In this document: one piece after another, positions 61,553 to 64,000 of the stretch | How the letters are laid out: every line of letters begins with the position of its first letter | Numbering within the stretch: position 1 is the stretch's first letter | Made by a program: the position numbers and the translations under genes | Notes under the pieces: generated by a model | The model's database searches: none | What the model was told of the DNA's origin: nothing | What the model saw: only the letters and a program-made list of their open reading frames with translations | DNA from: Chara braunii | Lineage: Eukaryota; Plantae; Charophyceae | Assembly (NCBI GenBank): GCA_003427395.1 | Contig: BFEA01000027.1 | Coordinates: forward strand, 3,077,181-3,141,180 | Length of the DNA stretch: 64,000 nt | Reading direction: 5' to 3'

Positions 61553-62336
61553 GAGGGAATACTCACACTCGCGCATTCTCAAATGTATCCGACCGCAATT
61601 ATGGTATAACCTGGATGAATTAGATCTGGAGAACGTATAGACAGGTTAGTATGAAAAGTCCTAATATGAGTCTGCCCTAAAAGAATTCAGAAGGCAGAGG
61701 GAAGGGTGAGAGGAGACGACGAAAATACGAAGCACGAACCTAGAAAGAACTTAGAAATGACGTTTTTTTTCACTAGAAATACAATAATTGGATTGAATCT
61801 CTAAAAAAATAAATAAAATAAAATACTTTGATTGACAATACTATTATTGTTTTAATTTTTTTTTTAATGATTATGAAGAAAAAAAACCCCTTACTTCTCG
61901 TCTTCTCATAATTTGATTATCAATTAAATACAATAACATACAATTAGAACTGACTGAGTGAACAAGAATCATCTCTCGGATTGTTGGACTATTCTTCCTC
62001 ATCGCCAGCACTCAAAGAGGGAACATGCTTTCTGCCATCACCTCACTTCTCCCTCCTCTGTTGCAACTACCACAATGGGCAAACAACCATGTTGATCGTG
62101 GATGATCGAAGGACAACGCAATATCTAATATGCCTCTCCCATCTCATACCGCCATAGCCATGCTCACAGATGGAGTCCAACGCCAAGCAGTGCCCACAGT
62201 GGGGGCTTCTCGATGCAGAATGGGGAAGGTGAAAAAAGAGGAAGGGGAAACATAGATGGAGGGAGTGCAGGGAAGAGAGTTTGTGTTAGAGTATGGTCAG
62301 ATATATTTAGGAAAGTGTAAGTTTGAGTATCCCCTC
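61553..62336. mobile_element. PIF/Harbinger-like MITE, family B, long copy
   Basis: ~45-bp imperfect TIRs GAGGG(A/G)ATACTCA.ACT...AAAT(G/A)TATC(C/T)GACC. Confidence 0.6.
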
Positions 62337-62927
62337 TGTCCGCACACCTATGAGCTGTTGGAATACAGACCTCAGTCCAAATCGGATGTTGCGTACCGAC
62401 CGGACTTCAAAAGCGTCGGCTATGTCCAGGCATGGGGAAGGGGGAGGGGCCTGGGTCACACCGCAGATGGCGTCACATGACATAGTCCTGCTATTCCTTA
62501 AAACAAAAGGGATGGGGGGTGGTTGAAAAATGAGAGAGTGGTCACTATTGTTAATAGGATTCCTTGTCATAAGCACGTTGCTTTTGCAAAAATGAAAAAA
62601 GAAAATTAAAAGGAAAAAGGGAAAAAACTCGGGGGGGGGTTAACATCATCAATGCACACACACCAACAACGACGGCAGATGACAGGCGCTTGCCTTCGCT
62701 TGTCTGCCACCATTGTTGGCACTACCATCTTCCCCCGAACAGAACGCACCCTCATCGTGAATGTATACAAGGGATTTTTCAGTCGTAATCAGGGTGCATT
62801 GTGTTCGGCGGAAGACAGTTGACAGACAGGCTGTTACGTCATCGGCGCACAATGCACAACAACAACGTAGATCGTCCTGGGTGAACGTGACCGTGCATGT
62901 GGGTCAGATCCTGCTCAGAAAAAAAAA

Positions 62928-62996
<69 letters not shown>

Positions 62997-63091
62997 ATAA
63001 TTAGGTGTTTTTTTTTTTCTTTTTCCCCGCTCTTTCACGGTGCGGGCTTTGCTTCCCGGATTTGATTTCAAATCCGAAAGACGGGGGCACA

Positions 63092-63526
63092 GGGCCTCGT
63101 TCGACACCACTACAAAACCCTTACATGTAAGGTTTTCATAGTTCCACCCCTCCCTAATCACGAAGAAAAAAAAGTTTAATTTGTTTTCACATTCGCGACC
63201 GTAAGGGCAGGCCCTACAAAAGTAAGTACCGCCCAGCCAAAAGGGCCCTTATCGTAAGGACGGCCGTGGAGGTGACTTGAAAGTAAGGGGTGACAGCCTT
63301 ACATCGGCGAAAGAACCATTTTTATTTTTTATTTTTTTTAACATCAGGTGTGTCTTTTGGCCAATTAGAACGAAAACGGAGGCACCTGAAATGTAAGTGC
63401 GCCTAAGTGTAGGGTTTTTGTAAGTGGTTGTGGAACGAAAAATGAGGTAAGGGAAAATTAATCACTTTTTCGCCGTAAGGGCACCCTTACAAAGTAAGGG
63501 TTTTGTAGTGGTGTCGAATGAGGCCC
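63092..63526. mobile_element. PIF/Harbinger-like MITE, family C
   Basis: ~40-bp TIRs GGGCCTC(G/A)TTCGACACCACTACAAAACCCTTAC; 3-bp TSD ACA; internal GTAAGG repeats. Confidence 0.85.
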
Positions 63527-63927
63527 ACAGTGCCACTGACAAAGAAAATCGGAGTAAGGGCCTGGATCTGGACATGTTTTCTGCAAAGATGTCCAAAAGT
63601 TGATCGACCTCCATTTTCTGCATTTCTCCACAACCATGTCTAGATTCACGCGTTCAATCCAATCCTCTTTGCTAGTGGGACCTTGGCCCGGGTGAAACTC
63701 ACGAAGAAGATGGCCACGCGGACAAACACAAACCAGACACAATAAACACGAAAATGAAAACAGAAAAAGTTACTCAAAATAAAAGCAAACAGGCTCCATT
63801 CTATTCGTGAGGGGCAGCATGGGAATAGAGCCCAACGTCCACACCACGAAGGTTACAATTTTTAGACCAAAAAAAAAAGAACGTCAAACCTTGTGTGGGT
63901 GTGCGCACGGTTGTGTGTTATGTCGGT

Positions 63928-63933
<6 letters not shown>

Positions 63934-63990
<57 letters not shown>

Positions 63991-64000
63991 CGTGCGTGTG
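63934..64000. repeat. (TG)n/(CG)n microsatellite
   Basis: Direct reading; similar (GA)n/(CA)n tracts occur at ~17694, 22314, 36088, 38930, 40080, 54897, 55653, 61179, 62931. Confidence 0.9.

Overview
Eukaryotic draft-assembly scaffold with many N gaps, abundant (GA)n/(CA)n/poly-A runs and leftover Nextera mate-pair adapters. Gene content and transposon style point to a green plant, plausibly a charophyte alga such as Chara (inference). One host gene is clear: a minus-strand, multi-exon Golgi SAM-dependent methyltransferase of the plant PMT/DUF248 (Methyltransf_29) family, most like the PMT20/PMT21(ERD3) group. Eight exons are resolved between 16669 and >=39525 with GT-AG sites; phases are consistent across all directly joined exons, and one internal exon plus the N-terminus probably lie in gaps. 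Its introns and flanks hold a decayed L1-type LINE split by an LTR-like insertion, an internally deleted Ty3/Gypsy element with a tRNA-Met PBS, and several MITE families (Mutator-like, hAT-like, Tc1/mariner-like, PIF/Harbinger-like). The most interesting element is a decayed tyrosine-recombinase (DIRS-order) retrotransposon at ~55.85-60.5 kb. It has ORF1, then RT-RNaseH-adenine-methyltransferase on the + strand and the recombinase inverted on the - strand. ORF1 has a hidden Tudor-like N-terminus, and candidate short introns lie between ORF1 and pol. A 29-nt palindrome-containing direct repeat links it to a site 15.7 kb upstream, across an unassigned island with an intact orphan 309-aa ORF and strand-polarised poly(A)-G tracts. 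No database searches were run; all family calls come from motif recognition.
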